From contig NC_087257.1 in NCBI RefSeq assembly GCF_037042905.1, positions 16,616,001 through 16,680,000 of the forward strand: a DNA stretch of 64,000 nucleotides, read 5' to 3'. Below, in pieces: positions 26,201 through 41,200 of this stretch (position 1 is the first letter of the stretch; each line of letters opens with the position of its first letter). This DNA comes from Lytechinus pictus (Eukaryota). The notes under the pieces are model-generated. The model did not search any database. It saw only the letters and a program-made list of their open reading frames with translations, and had not been told where the DNA came from. The translations under genes and the position numbers were made by a program.

Positions 26201-29200
26201 GGTAACACCATAATTCATCTAGAATGCACATAGGCACAGTCTCTCCGCAAACGAAAAAAGCACATTCATTGAATTCCCTTTGGCAGAGTAGTACAATATT
26301 GATTTCCTGAAAGTCGATCAACTTTGGATCAGAAAATATTACCAGACCAGGTACTAACGGACGGACAGAACTTTACAGCAGAACAGACTGGAACAATCTC
26401 CCTTTGGAGGAGAAGTACAGTCCTGAATCCCTGAATAGCAGACCATAAACTAACTGGAGACCAGAAAATATAAGACCAGGAACTACTTCAGGATCAGGAG
26501 CAAGATCCAAGAGAGGACCAAGCAATTACCTTGAAATTCCGTTTGGAGGAGTAGTAAAGTTCCGATTTCCAGATAGCAGAACGAATTTGGATCAGATAAC
26601 ATGACATGACCAGGTACTAAGGAACAGGAACAATATCTTACAACTTCCTTTGGACGAGTAGTAGTACAGTCCAAATTCCCTGAGAGCAGATCAGGAACTA
26701 ACTTGGGACCAGAAATAATAACAAGACAAGGTACTATTAGAGGGACAGAAACTTTTAGAGGACTAGAAGAATCACCTTCAAACTCCATTTGGAGGAGTGG
26801 CATATTCCCCATTCCCTGATAGCAGCTAGATCAGGAACTTATTTGGGACCAGAAATGATAACAAGACCAGGTACTACTATGGGGACAGGAACTTAAAATG
26901 CGATAAAACAATTACCTTAGAACTCCCTTTGGAGGAGTAGTACAGTCCAGATTCCCTGAGGACGCAGAAGTATTTCTTCCAGGATCGTTTGTGGCCTTCC
27001 CTGATATGAAGCCAGCCCTGGATCTCTGGTAGAGTCTCCACTGGACTAAGCATGTCCTGAAGGAAGAGATCAATATCAGCATTAAAACTTGAGGGTGCAA
27101 CTTAGAATTAAAAACAAAACAGTGTGTAAACCATCAGACCACATGCTTCTGTACACCTACAAGGTATAAAATATACTTTCTCGGACCAAAAATATGTTGA
27201 AATAGTCGGATTCCTACTTTGATCTAAAAAAAAGTGACATCCCTAAGAACTAAAAAAAAAACATATGTATGACAAATGCCAACTTATAGACTTTGTGCAT
27301 CATCACCTCCACCACAATCATCATCCTCAATTTAANNNNNNNNNNNNNNNNNNNNNNNNNNNNNNNNNNNNNNNNNNNNNNNNNNNNNNNNNNNNNNNNN
27401 NNNNNNNNNNNNNNNNNNNNNNNNNNNNNNNNNNNNNNNNNNNNNNNNNNNNNNNNNNNNNNNNNATTATTTTCATTCTTTATGTCCAGAGTTAAACACT
27501 AAATTTCATGCGTTTATGAAAATTCCTTGAGTGAATAGAAAGAAACACTATATTTCTCTTTTCTACTGCAAGATGTCTCCATAATAAAGAAATTTCCATG
27601 AATAATCATTATTGCCACCTTCGCGAGGATTGATAACCCTAAAGAATTACATTATAAAGAAACAAGATCACCCTGGAAAACAACACATGGATAGATTACA
27701 CGTACGTCTTGGACGGCCATCTATTTTAAACTCGCTTGTTTTTCCCTTTCAAGCAAATCAATACTAGGAATTCTAAATCTCACATGGGAAAATAAGATCA
27801 GAAATAGCAGCATCTAATGGAGTAGTAGAACAAACCGGCTCGTATGACGATGTAAAATTCATTCTCGTCGATAATTGCCAGGAAGATGCCACTGGGCGAC
27901 GGGCCTCCTCGGGAGACGCGCTTCCTGCGTCGGGTGAACCGCAACGAGGCCATGCACCACATAATAAAACACATCACACCAGAATTCAACTATTATCATA
28001 TCTAAAAACAGACCATTTCTCTCCCCCATTTGGAGAAACACTCACCAGTATTAATGGCGGTCGGGGCCTCTTCGGCTTCTCAAATAAATTATCGGCCGTC
28101 TCGCTTGGGTCCGCTACCATGTGCGCTGGGAAGAATTGCTGCAGGCGAAAGGAAATGAAAGCGACAAGTGTTTGAGACATTATTGGCACATTTGCAAATA
28201 CCAATCGACAACGCTGTGGAGTGTTTTCACTCCGAGCTTCGTCTCTGCTTTTAAAAGACAGATAAGTCTTTCCCCTTCCTGTTTTTCCTCTTTTCCTCAA
28301 CTTCACTAAATATTTCTAAAGTGAAAAACCTCTGCAAACAATACTTACTACCTCATACTGTACAGCTTATAAGGAAGATAGACAAAATAAATTAGACATT
28401 GTTTAGGTTTTTGAATTAAATACAATATTTCATGTTCATTATTTCAAAGGGTCGGTCGGATAAGAGATGAAGAAAGACTGGGGCATACAAGGGACCCCTG
28501 CTGTGGTTCATAATGGTTTCGTTTTTCCCCCGACAGCACTGTGCTCATATTGCATTAATAAATTTGAGCATTGTGCCTTTACACAATCGGGAAGGGAATG
28601 GACTTCGGAGAAAAGAAATCGGGCTTTATGGCTGGAGGGATGCAGGGCGGTTTGTATTACAAATCAATCATTGTTTCATTGTCAGGTACAATCTGGACCC
28701 AGTAACATGAAGCCAAACAATTGATTGCGAGGCTGACATTTACAGTTGATCATACACAATAATCAATGCAATCAATCGTAGAAGTCAGTCATAGAATCAA
28801 TCGCAAATCTTCACTTTACAGGGTCCCGACTGCTATGGGATTCTCTTTAATTCCAAGACCCTGCGAAGGCTGCTTCCTCCGGGCAAAACCAAGGAAAGGA
28901 TAAAAGAAACGGGGTAATATCCCTGAAAATGATACAGTCATTTCAGGACATGTTACAGAGTTTGACGGATGAATGCTACAATAGATGATCAAAACTACCA
29001 ATACAAAGACTGGTTTGACTTCAGAATATGGTTTCCATGCCTTTCTTATTCAACAAATACCAGGCATATCCTTGTTTTTGATAATTTGAGGCAAGATTTT
29101 CAGGGGAAACCATTCAATCTTCATGAATTGCTGAAAATAATGATCATGGTGGGCAAAGCCATATTTTCTTTTATATAAAACTTACCCTAAGGTTAAAAAT

Positions 29201-32200
29201 TCTGATTTTACCAAGCTTTTCAAAAAGACATGAATCTTCACAAGATTTTTCAACCTTCAGACCTTCCTTCTTTCCTCCTAATCTATCAACAGTAAATTCT
29301 ATATATTTCTGTATTTGAATAAAATGATATCAATTTTTTTCAAGGCTAAACTAAATAGAGAAATCAATTTCTTTGTTCACAAGAATACCATTGAACTAGT
29401 TTTATTTGAAATGGTGATATTCATTAAGACGAGGTGTCTTAAGTCTTGATTTCCATTGCATTCTCTAATCATTGTCTTGGAGGTCTCTTGTTCTTTCAAT
29501 ATCACATTCAACTCTTCTTCAGGTCGGACACTTATCATTCCTCTTTCACCTCTTCGATACAATGGTCATTATGAAGAAAATTCATTTTTACATTTGTTCA
29601 AATTAAATGTATATCCCACTCTGCGAAATAAAGTATAAAAACACCATCACAAGACTAGTTCAATCTCAATATACACTTGATAAAACAGCACAGATCTAGG
29701 CCCCAGGGGAAAATGTTCTCCTATTGACTTTGACTTTAATTAAAATTAAGCCTGGACGACATCCATGCAAAACAGATCACAAACTTTCAAATGCATAGGG
29801 GGGGGGGGGGGTAGTCGGAAATCTACCATTCTTAGCAGTGTCACAGTATAATTTCATTACAAACATTTCATGGTTGCTGTATTAGTGCCTGTATATGAAT
29901 ATTATTTCAAGTACAAATATTTGCTCAACATATATACTTTGATAGGAATGATATGGCATGTGAGGGATATGTTATTAGTGTGAAGGTAAGACAAAATAGA
30001 ACAAAAGAAAGGAAGAAACATGAATGAACAATCAAACAGCTATAAAAAAGGAAGAAAATGAAAGAGGGAAACAGAACAGAAAAAGGGAAGGCAATAAGAA
30101 AGAAAGACAGATAGAAAAAAAGGAAAGAAAGAAAAAACATTACTTACCCCTGGATTAAGAAACATCTCATATTTCCTAAAGTCTTTACGTAAGTGGAGTT
30201 TCCCGTGGGTGGAGTTGAGGTGTTGCTTGTAGACTTCTAATACACTTTCATGGTCTTCTAACGTCCTTTCTGCACTCAACGAAAGATATAACATATAAAA
30301 GGCGATAAGACAGTGTCAAAAACTCATAGCATATCCTGCATCCAACTGTTTCTTTTCTGGTCAACTTGAATTGAAATGAATGTGTATCCAATAACAACAA
30401 TTTCCATCTCCTTTTAATCACGAATTAGAGATATATAAGAAATTGATGGAAAGTTTATGAGGTACACACATATTACACCAGGCAAAATATTATTATCAAG
30501 GGCAAATTTTAACAACCTACTGCCTAAATCTGTTACATTGGATGGATAAGCTCAAACAATGCAGTAAATCGGGATTGACCGGGGCCTTTTCTTTTTATTT
30601 TCAGGGCTTTTCTGAGCATTTCGGGGGGGCGAAATTACCCCGACACCCTGCATTTTCCCCCGTCTTACAGGACTGGGACTTCGTGTTTGAAGGGGTAAGA
30701 TTTCTGCATTTTCTCCAGACGCTGTTTTTCTAAGATATTGCACTTGTCAATCGAGATTTCAATTTTTGTTCCCCTCTTGTTCTAGAATGATATCAAAACA
30801 TCGACTTTGGATTAGTTCAAATTCACACCTTTATGTCACATTTGCAGCCACTTGCCCCCCCCCCCCTCCCTGACATCGCCAGATCAATAATTTATCTCAT
30901 TCATGTGCACGTTAGAATGGCCCATTAATTAGTCTAAGCTCAAGACTCAAATCATGCCATCAGAAGGCAAGCTACATCATGCAGACCTTACATTTTGACA
31001 TTCGAAGGGCAAGGCCACTTTTCTGACAGGGCACATGTCTACACTGCTCACTGCACCAATGGGGGAAAAGATAAACCCAACTTAGACCTCCAAGGCATTG
31101 AGAATGGATCAAAAGGGGCAACCTCAGGCATGACCTTGGATTAAGATGAACTCCCAGACTAGATTGATCCGCTTTTTCTGACAATCCACCCTCAAATATG
31201 TATGTATGTATGTATATATATATATATATGTTCTCTCGTTAAAAAAATTATATTATAATGATAATATTACAGAAAACATAAACTTCAAGCTTTATCTTTC
31301 ACACTTTAACCCCCTTTCTAACCAACTCCCCACCTCCCCTCCTACACAATTACTTCAAACCCCCTACAAACTCCAGCGTCTCTCTCTGTCAAACTTTAAC
31401 CCCACCCCTCTCTCGAATATTCCATCCCCTCCTCTCCTTCACGCTAAAGCCTACTCCCCCTCCACACACAACTCCAATGTCTCACTTAACCCCACCCCCT
31501 TTTCTCACTTACTCCACCCATCCTTCAGACTTACTTTACCAACTCCCCCACCCCCACCCCTCACACAAACTCCAATACCTCTCTTCAAAACCCCTTTCTC
31601 ACTTACTCCACCCCCACAATCTCCATCTTTCACATTTACCCCCCCCCCCCCCCCAATTTTCCTCATATTTGCTCTCCATCTGTCTTATAGTTTTTTTTCA
31701 CTATCCACTGAAATTTCACATGTAGGACTCGTGCAGGATGACAATAGCCCTATGTGGATTATTTGACCATATGTAAATATACTATATCTATGACTGACAG
31801 TTATGTGGATTTTATAGCCCGGAGAGGGATTTAAAATGAAAGAAAGACATTTCATGTTTGGCCTGATGCCAGCTGGAAGGGACCTGCCCTGGTTCAAAGT
31901 ACTCCATTGGCACCTAGTAGGGTTGGAGAGTCAAGGAAATGGAAAGGGTGATTAAAACAAGAATAGGGTGAGAGAGAGGTGAGAAAGAAGGATGGAAGGG
32001 ATAGGGAGAAGGGTGGATGACAAGAAAGGAAAATAAGGGGAAGAAGAGACAGGTGAATGGACATAAAGTGTATTTAAAATGGGAGGGACAGAGGAAGCTG
32101 GGTATTAAATGAAGCGCGTAAAAGGTGGAGAAAGGGAAGACATAGGAAAAGAAAGAAGAAAAAGAGAAGGGAGGAACACGGGACAACGAAGAAAAATGAA

Positions 32201-35200
32201 AGGAGAGGAAGGAGGAAAAGGAAGACAGAAAAGAAGAAAGAGATTTACTTTTAAAAGTAAGAAAGGAAAAGAGGAATGAAAAAAAATGAAACAAGATGGA
32301 GAAAAAATTTGCATTCACTTACACAGTAGTGAGTGGTTTGAAACACTTTTACTATTAGTGTGTACCGGTAAGTGATCACAAAGACACTTGCTATTGTTAT
32401 AACGGAAAATGAATGAAAAATGAGAGGGTGAATGAGAAGGAAAAATGAAAGCGAGATGGAAGAATACGGAGGAAGATAACTGGAAAGACAGGGTTGAACT
32501 GGAGGTTACGAGATCGATTTCAACACTCTATTTCTAGATAAGATCTTCACACATTGTTGGAATCTTGCCATCTTTCGAGAACCCGCTTTCTCATCTGATC
32601 TACTTTAAGCACCCCATGAACTCATCGATATGATCTATATTTACCCTCTCTTCCTACTCCTAGCCTAAACCCAGGCATAGCCCAGTGAACTCCCGTACCC
32701 ATTCAACCAACAGCAACAGTAATCAAGCTCTGTTTGTAAACATTACACCTCCGTCAATGACGCTCATTAAAATCTCGCTGTGCCAAACTCTCAGGTGAGT
32801 CGCCCCTCTTATCACCTCTTGCGATTGTCGTTTTTACCGTTTCAGTGACATTACATGTTACTCGAGGAAATTATGGAATGATCTACACGGATCCACTGCC
32901 CCGTATTATTGACATCAGCCGATCTTTGGCACCATCACGGTGAACTAGCCCAACATTGTAAGCGGAAATCACAACCTTTACAACTCCTTTGTGTAAACAA
33001 CGTAATCAAAAGAGCAAACCATTAAGTCAATTTTCACATTTATAAGCCCACTTCACTTTTATTCATTTTCGTCATTTATCAAGCCAAAACATACGGAGGC
33101 AAAGGAATATTGTGATTGCATTCTATATATTTGGCGAAGATAAGAAGGTTATGGCTGTCGATAGCCGGTTTATCGAGAGATAAGAGCGTAATTAAAATAC
33201 CAATGATTGGCTCAGCAGACAGGCACAAGGGGGGAGACAATTTTACTACTTTTATTCAGACATTTATGATGTATGGAAATTTACAAGAGTGAAACGACAT
33301 AACCCCCTTACAAAACACCCACTGTATATAGATACTTGGCAACCGCAAATATGTTGAATAAGAAAATTTGTTTGAATTTTCTGATGCAATATTTGTAATG
33401 TCTAAGATGACATCCGTTTTATACATGTATCGGGAAGTGAGATAAAGTCAACAGAAATTACCGGTGACCAGTTTACTACTGATTTTTCTCCTTTTCAAAT
33501 AAACTTGGCACAGGAAGAAAGCAAGAAAGCACATGCAAAACAAACGTCTTACCAAGGTCAAGGTCGGGTAGCTCTTCAACAAGCGACCAGCTCTTGTCGT
33601 TGAGGGCGTGGTTCCTAGCGACCATCTGCCGGCAGATCTCCTCCACCCTGTGACTGCCGTCGACCTGACAAACCTTCGTCATGCCGTCTTCGCTCAGTAC
33701 CTTCACCAAAGCCTGAGAGAGAGAGGAAGAGAAATTGAAACACAGGATAACCCTTTACCTACTGAAATAAGTCATTCCTGTACATAAACCTAATTGGATG
33801 AGAGAATTGTTTTCTCAAAGGTTTAAAGACAACCGTGGTACCGCATCACATAATCTCTCATGTTTGTTGCTAATTTACATCGCTTATTCTATTTATATCT
33901 TACATTATGTTTATAACTTTACAGTACAGACCCTTTATGGAATTGCATGACTAACATACATGTACTTTATCCAGTACCCAAATATTTTATTGAATACAGT
34001 CAATTTCTCACACATTCAACAAGTATTCAATTTCCCTTCTCAACGGAAAATATTTACAAGAGAAAACAATTAGAAAAAAAAAAACAAGATTAAGAAAAGC
34101 CTCTCTTTTCTACAACTGTCTCTTTCCCTTCCCCCCTCAAACCCTGTAAAAGAGAGGGAGGGGGGTTAGATGATTGTTAGGAAAAAAAGAGAGCGTGAGA
34201 GAAAGTCCAACACAACTAAGTGGAGCCATCTCTTTTTTCCATGAATTACGATGTAATAAAAACAGTGTAGCATGGAAACATGAAAACAATGAATGCGTCA
34301 TGTGAAATTTGATCGGGTGGGTGATTTTTCTTATTGTCATTGGCTCATCTTCAAATATTTGTTGGACATCCCCCTCAATCTCTCCTTTTTTTTTCCATTT
34401 TGTATACAGAAACTTTACTTCTTCGAAATGGAGTTTAGATTAGGTATAGGGTTCAGAGGATCAGATATCCAAGTATATCCGGATTGTTCACACGCAACAC
34501 TTGGGAGAAAAAAATAGAACTTCAACTACATCATGAGGAGTACAGTGATTACTTGTCTTTTACATAATCATCTTTGGGCATTCCAAGTCATATTTACTTA
34601 TCAGGAAATATTAAACTTATTGGGGAATCTACATGAAATAACCCCAGTCGATTATTTTTCAATGTTCTTTAACCTCAAAACAATATCAAACCAACTTGTA
34701 AAAAAAAACAATTGAAAGATGCTACCATTCATATATGAACATAGGGATGGGGGTCAATTCATGTTTTAAACCATGAACCTTCACAAACAAATGGACAATA
34801 AGTCCTTTTTTTATTTTCATCCTTTGACAAAAAGCAAGTACAATTCAAGTTTGTATTTAATTACAACTACAAAAATAATATCCCTAACAAAATAAAAATC
34901 TTATATTGCTAATGATTTACTTTATTTGTTATCATTTCTCATCGTAAAACATAATTACTCACGGCTTGCATTACAAAGGTTTGCCATTAGCCATTCAGCA
35001 TATTTCCTACATCATACATGTTCATTTTGTTTAAAAGATAATTAGTTACCAATGAAAAGTGATTTTCAAAATCTGCAGGTAACCACACATCTTTGTGAAG
35101 CTAGGTTGTCTCTGAAATTGGGTAAGACATTCTTATAGGCCTAGTATGCTTATCAAAATACTATTAAAATACATGGTGGAGGGATATTCAGAAGTCAGAA

Positions 35201-38200
35201 GGCTCTTTTTGACATTTGTATTGGGTGCCTGCTCTTAGTTTGTATACACTCCACAACGTGACAGCCCAAACACGGCATACATGTACAACAGTGGTTCCAT
35301 GGTACCATGCAGCACACGTGCAGATCCTCACAGATGTTTGTAGAACACACCTCACATGACACCAGCAAATGTTTACAGTCCCTTACGAGAGCGTGCGATA
35401 AAGTGCATCAGGTTGCCGAGGCGCTGATAAAATACGATATAGCCAGGGAAGGGTTTCGATAAATAAACATTGTAGCGCAGATTACCAGGCTTTTATCTTC
35501 TGAAATGCAGTGTTTGCCAAGGCCTAAAGAACAAATTTTTCCAGTCATTTGATTGAGGACCTTCTAAATTTCCGGAAAATTGATAGAGCGCTCTGGAATG
35601 CGAACAAGTTCAAGCTCTATTGATGAAGCTTACGTAACATGGCATAATCACTAACATGCTATGAGTGCAAATTGGCAATGCATGATGAGGAGCATGGCAT
35701 CCAACACTTTAATATGATTATCCCAACATATGTGTTTATCAGAACAGGTCTAAATTATGAAAAAGGTTGGTTGGTTCAAGATTAAAATAATTTCATGCTT
35801 ACATGGATATTTAAGTTGTAACTCAGCATTAGAATACTCTTAAATCAAATATAAAAAATATCAGAAAGTTGGCAACAAACACATTTTAGATCATGGCAAC
35901 CTTTATTTTTGCACCCTTTTTTCAGGCAAATACACATACACCACATGTATCCGATTCCTAATACATATCCAGAAGGAAACATTTCCATTAACTTTCCAGG
36001 AAGTGTTCTTTTTGTCCACAAGCAGTGAATACATGAAGCAGAGAAGAAAAAAAGAAGAAATTTTTTCATGAGAAGAATTCGCGATCAGTGTCTTCTTCTC
36101 AAGTTTGGCATTGGATAAGCTACCTAGAAAAAATAGAATTGTGAAGGACAACGACATCAAGGCCCTTCGGCAAGGAAAGAAGAGTCTCGGCTTTCCTTGA
36201 CTACAAGTTCAAGATTTCCCACTTGATTTGATTAGAGTCCAAGTTTCTTTGGCTGTACGAGTATTGATTGAATTACTCGACTGATGCATCCCACATGCAT
36301 CTTTAGATTTCGTTAGCGGGCCGCGAACCGGCGGACGAGGGAGGGGAGGAACCTTTTTGAATAATTTCAATGCTCCACTTCGTCGCCCTTTGCTCGTCTT
36401 TCTTTGTTTGGTTTTAACACCTCGTCGTCGTTGTACCTGGCAGGAGGAGTTGATGACCTAAGGAGTGTTTCTTGAAGCATCTTGTCATTGAGTTTCAATG
36501 ACAGATTAGCTCTCAGCCAATCAGGTCCAAGGATTTTGGTAGCTTACAACAACTAAACAGTTAAAATCACTGATACTTGTTTCTTGAAAAGCTCCACCGA
36601 TGGGGCTAGCCACTTTGCATCTACAACTGCTGTTCAGTGCATTATCCATTACTTTAATTTCTTTCTTTGGTTTGGACACCTCCGTGTACCTGGCAGGAGT
36701 TGACGACCTGAAGAAGCTAGCCACTTCAACGACTAACTCGCGATAAAAGGGAATATCCACACTGCTGTTCACTGCATTGGAGTCATGCAGCAATAGGTGC
36801 TTGTGGGTAAAAAAAGGCACTGATCATGATTCCTATATGACTGGTCACACTGCCAATCTCTGCGTAATTCAGTCCTCAGGGAATCCTGCAAGCACTTGTA
36901 GAGTATCTTGACTCCTAAAGAAATTAAGACATTGCTGATCCCAATACTCATTCCCCAAAATATGTCGAAATGAACATCTGATCGACTGCAAAGTAGAAAC
37001 TATTTTTTTTCAAATGCAGAATGATGAAGGACCGATACATGTTTGTAAAACAAGGCTGCAGTTAACAGTGCGAACATGCCCCCTCACGTGCCCTCCAGAA
37101 ATCGATGTCAACTTCAAATAGATAGAATCGCGTCACGTTCTCATCGGCTCCTAAATGAAGAAAGCAGGATGCCCACATCCTCAGCCACTTCCCAAACTAA
37201 TGGGTACTTCAATTCAAGAGTCCGCGGTCCCATGCTTAACAGCTTATTATAGGGGCGATTTTCATGATTGATTGCATTGGTTATCACCTGCCATCAATCG
37301 CATGACCAAACTGTATGATCATTCCCTGTTTTGTGTTACCAGGGTCCACATGTCCAATTGCCTTGTCATCTGATCTGATTCCTCTGAAGTTCAACAAGAG
37401 CATTCCTCTTTCTCAGAACCCCCTTTCTGATTATAGGGTTGGTTTCACTATTTATTACAACTTGTAATCAATTTCAGGAATCACTCTCTAGGCGTTGTGG
37501 TACAGGGCCCAATCTTCAATTGCCTTGATGATAACAGCTAGATCATTCCTCCTTCCTGATTAATACAAGGCTGGATTTCACTATTGATTGCAATGGTCAT
37601 CGTTTGTAATCAATCTTACAAATTGCTCTCTTAGCTTTGCGTTACAAGTCCCCGGATCTTCAATTGCCATGACAACAGTAAAATCATTTTTTCCTTTCTC
37701 AGAGCCCCCTTCCTGATTACAAGGCTGGTTTTCACCATCGATTGCAATGGTAATCGTTTGTAATCATTTACTAGTCAATCACACAAATCACTCTCTAAGC
37801 TATGTGCAACATGTCCCGGATCTTCAATTGCCTTGAAAATAACAGCAAGAGCATTCTTCCTTCTCTGGCCTCTTCCACCTTGTCAGGAGTACGTGTCCAT
37901 GACCTTGATTGGTCACTCACGTACACCGACATGACAGAAGACGATACAGTATCATTCATGTTGATTATGCCTTTAAGCTTGCTGAATAACTCAACACTCA
38001 CTCCAAAATGCATCTAGCCTAAGTATTTTAGGTAGGACTTGGTCTCATACCATTCGGTCTAATTTCCAGGTAGGTGTTAAGTAAAGTTGTTCATAAAGTT
38101 ATACACAACTTTACACATGACTGGAACATGTTTTAAGGTGCAAAGTCAGTTACATGAGGATATCACTTAGCATGAGAAAGGATCACCGGTCACGTATGAA

Positions 38201-41200
38201 GTCATTCGTAGCTTACAAAAGCCGACCAGATTTCATAGTCTCATTTGGGCTAAACTCGATTTTGAAGAACAGTTGATTGGATCAGTCATATAGACTATAT
38301 ATATACATGTACATGTAGGATAAAATAGGTTTTGTGAACTTAACTGTAAAAGTTTTCACATTTTAGCTTTTCACAATTTTTTTTTTAATTAGGTACTCAA
38401 AACTGATTCACAAGGTACAAATACAGGTTTATACAAGTTAGATAACAAAAACAAACTTTTGAAAGTGCTGTGTAATCTCATCATGTTTTGCAGCAATAAG
38501 ATATTCAGATCTTAATGATGGAAAGAAGGGAATAAAATCTGGTTAATTAATCATCCACTCAGAACGAGTTGCATTAGGGTGACAACATATGACCAAGTTG
38601 GCAATGCCTTACTTAGAAAGTCATAAATATGGTGATGAGACTAATCAGCAATTAAACCAAATTTTTATTAGACAAACTGGTTCTCAAAATTTTCCCCATC
38701 TTTTTCAGACTTTAACTCCTGAGCCCCATCCTACACAGAGCTACGATCGATCCAATCAATCGTAACTCTATGGAAAGGAGGCGCGATAGCTCAGTCGGTA
38801 GAGCGGGGGACTCGTATTCCGGTGACCCGGGTTCGATTCCCACTTGGTGCGCTAGTGCCCTTTGGTAAGGCATTAATCCTCAGTACAAGGTCCTTCGGAG
38901 GGGACCTTAAGCCATCGGTCCTCTGGTTGCTTGCTTACAAGCATTCATGCTTTCTTAGCAATCAGGTAAAAAAAATCACCACCAAATCCATCAGTGTCAT
39001 AATTTTTTTCTTCAGGAAATTTGCAAAATGTCCTTTTCAAAACAAAGGAGAACACACCAAATTGTCGAGAAATCAGTGACTTTATGAATATACTTCATAT
39101 TTAGAATTTTTTGGAACAAACATGCATTGTAGATGTTGACATTGCAGGCTTTCCATAGTTGTGATTGATTGGATCAATCAAAACTCTTTGTAAGACAGGC
39201 CCCAGGTGAATCATCTCATCTACCAGATCAAATTTACCTACACATTCTACACAAACAAAATTTACGAAAAAGAATTTAGAAAAAATATTGATTTGTGCAT
39301 TTCAGCAAACGGGACCTACCTGTGTGATGTTGTCATTATTGTTCGTCTCCTCCATGGTTTTCTTCTCTTTAAGCTTTTGTCGTAGAAATAATTCCTCCTG
39401 CGAGAAATAGAAAGGATAGAAAAGATGTGAACATTCCCAGGGATTCAATAAACAGTAGATCTATTTAGTAACAAAGTAATACATTTGTCTGCAAAACCAG
39501 CCCTATTTATAGAAATGATGAGACACACCTGAAAACAAAGGTTACAAACTACACTTTTCTTTTAGTTGATGACTGATTTGTTGCCAGAGATGTTTATAAG
39601 TTTGTCAGTTGTTTTTACTTCAATGAAAAATTATTTGTGTAACCTTTTGTAAGCTTTCTTTTTCTTCAATGAAAATTCTTTTGTAACCTTTGCTGCATAA
39701 ATGAGGATGATGGTGATGATGACGATGATGGTGATGATAACGATGATGGTGGTGGTGATGTTGCAGCTGCTGATGACGATAACAATAACAACATACATTG
39801 AAAACAACAATAAAATCGATCACACATCTAAAAACAATTATTGCAAAAAGCAACTTATTGATATAAAAAAACATTAAGCAAACAAGAAAAATTAACTATA
39901 TCTTGAAAAAAAGTCATTTATCGCTTGATGTTAAAAAATACCCAGCATCTCCCATAGCATATCATCCAGGCCAACGCATTATAGGCCTATAGGCGGTGTT
40001 GCACCATCCCGAGTTTGCTCAATCTCGAGATTTTAGCCCGATCGGCCCTCTTCGCGATTAATCTTGAGATTCAAGAAACCCCGTCTCCACCATCGCAAGA
40101 AGAGCGATTCCTGCTCGAGCGAGGCATCGATGCATTATGGTCTGACGCCATGAATAAATAATCCCGAGTGCGTCTGCACCTACGAATTAGCGCGATAATT
40201 CGTAAAATAGCGCGCTATTTTGCAAATAATCCCAAGTTGACTTGGGATTGCAATCTCGAGATTAATCCTACGAACTAGCGCGATAATTGCGTCTCCATTG
40301 CAAATAATCTCAAGATTGTTCAGATCGGGATAATTTGTCGGATCAGAAATAGCGCGCCAATTTGAAACCTAGGGATGGTGCAGACGGCCCTAATATGTGG
40401 CAAGAATTAATGAATTATATATACACGCACATAGAAGCATCCCCAGGGATTCAATTAACAGTACCTCTATTTAGTAACAAAGTAATACAGTTGTCTGCAA
40501 AACCAGCCCTATTTATAGAAACGATAATGAGACACACCTAAAGATAGGAATCTTCGAAGGAGCCATACAAGAGTGAAATGCAGCTGACAAGGCAGTCACG
40601 CGGATTGAGCGGATCTCGATTTTATAACGGGATGGGGGGGGGGGTATTTTATAAGCAACATCTAGGCCTACTTGATACAAATACGAACAAAAATTATTCT
40701 GATATGTAAATCTTCATTCACTTTTCTAATTCAAATCCACCCCCCCCCATCATACACACACCAGAATTAATATTTTCTAAATTTATACATTAAGTCATGT
40801 CTGGATTTATAAGTCGACTTTCTACGAATTTAACAGTTGAATAATCTCTACTCAAGGCAATTTTTTAAACCAGCTTACATATGGGCATTTTCACCACAGA
40901 TGGACACAGAGGCAAAAAAATCAAGTTGATATTCATGTCAAATGCTTTATGTTTTTTAATGAAACAAGACCTGAAGTTTCTGAGACAATTTTTTTTTCCG
41001 ACTCTGGCAGCCATTTTTTATTTCAAAATGGCTGCCAAAGTATGGATACAAATTAGTGTTGAAAATAGTATATTGATACATATTTAGTTTTGACAGATTT
41101 TTAAAGAACAGGTTTGATCATGATGTTTTCGCCTGTGGTTTAGCTTGCTATTATAACACTTTTTAAAATCCCACAGAAAGAAACACCAGTAATTCATTCA

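Noticed and set aside
26483-26812. Mutually exclusive duplicate PH exons
   Set aside because: The copies include only the exon's 3' end, have indels and lack acceptors or pyrimidine tracts.
27830-27960. CpG-rich patch faintly resembling the 28046 exon end
   Set aside because: Similarity is too short to call, and it lies near an assembly gap where base quality may be poor.
31206-32318. Long Pro/Ser/Phe-rich ORFs (also 23881-24315, 59436-59669, 63131-63559)
   Set aside because: Purine- or pyrimidine-skewed low-complexity DNA lacks stop codons by composition.
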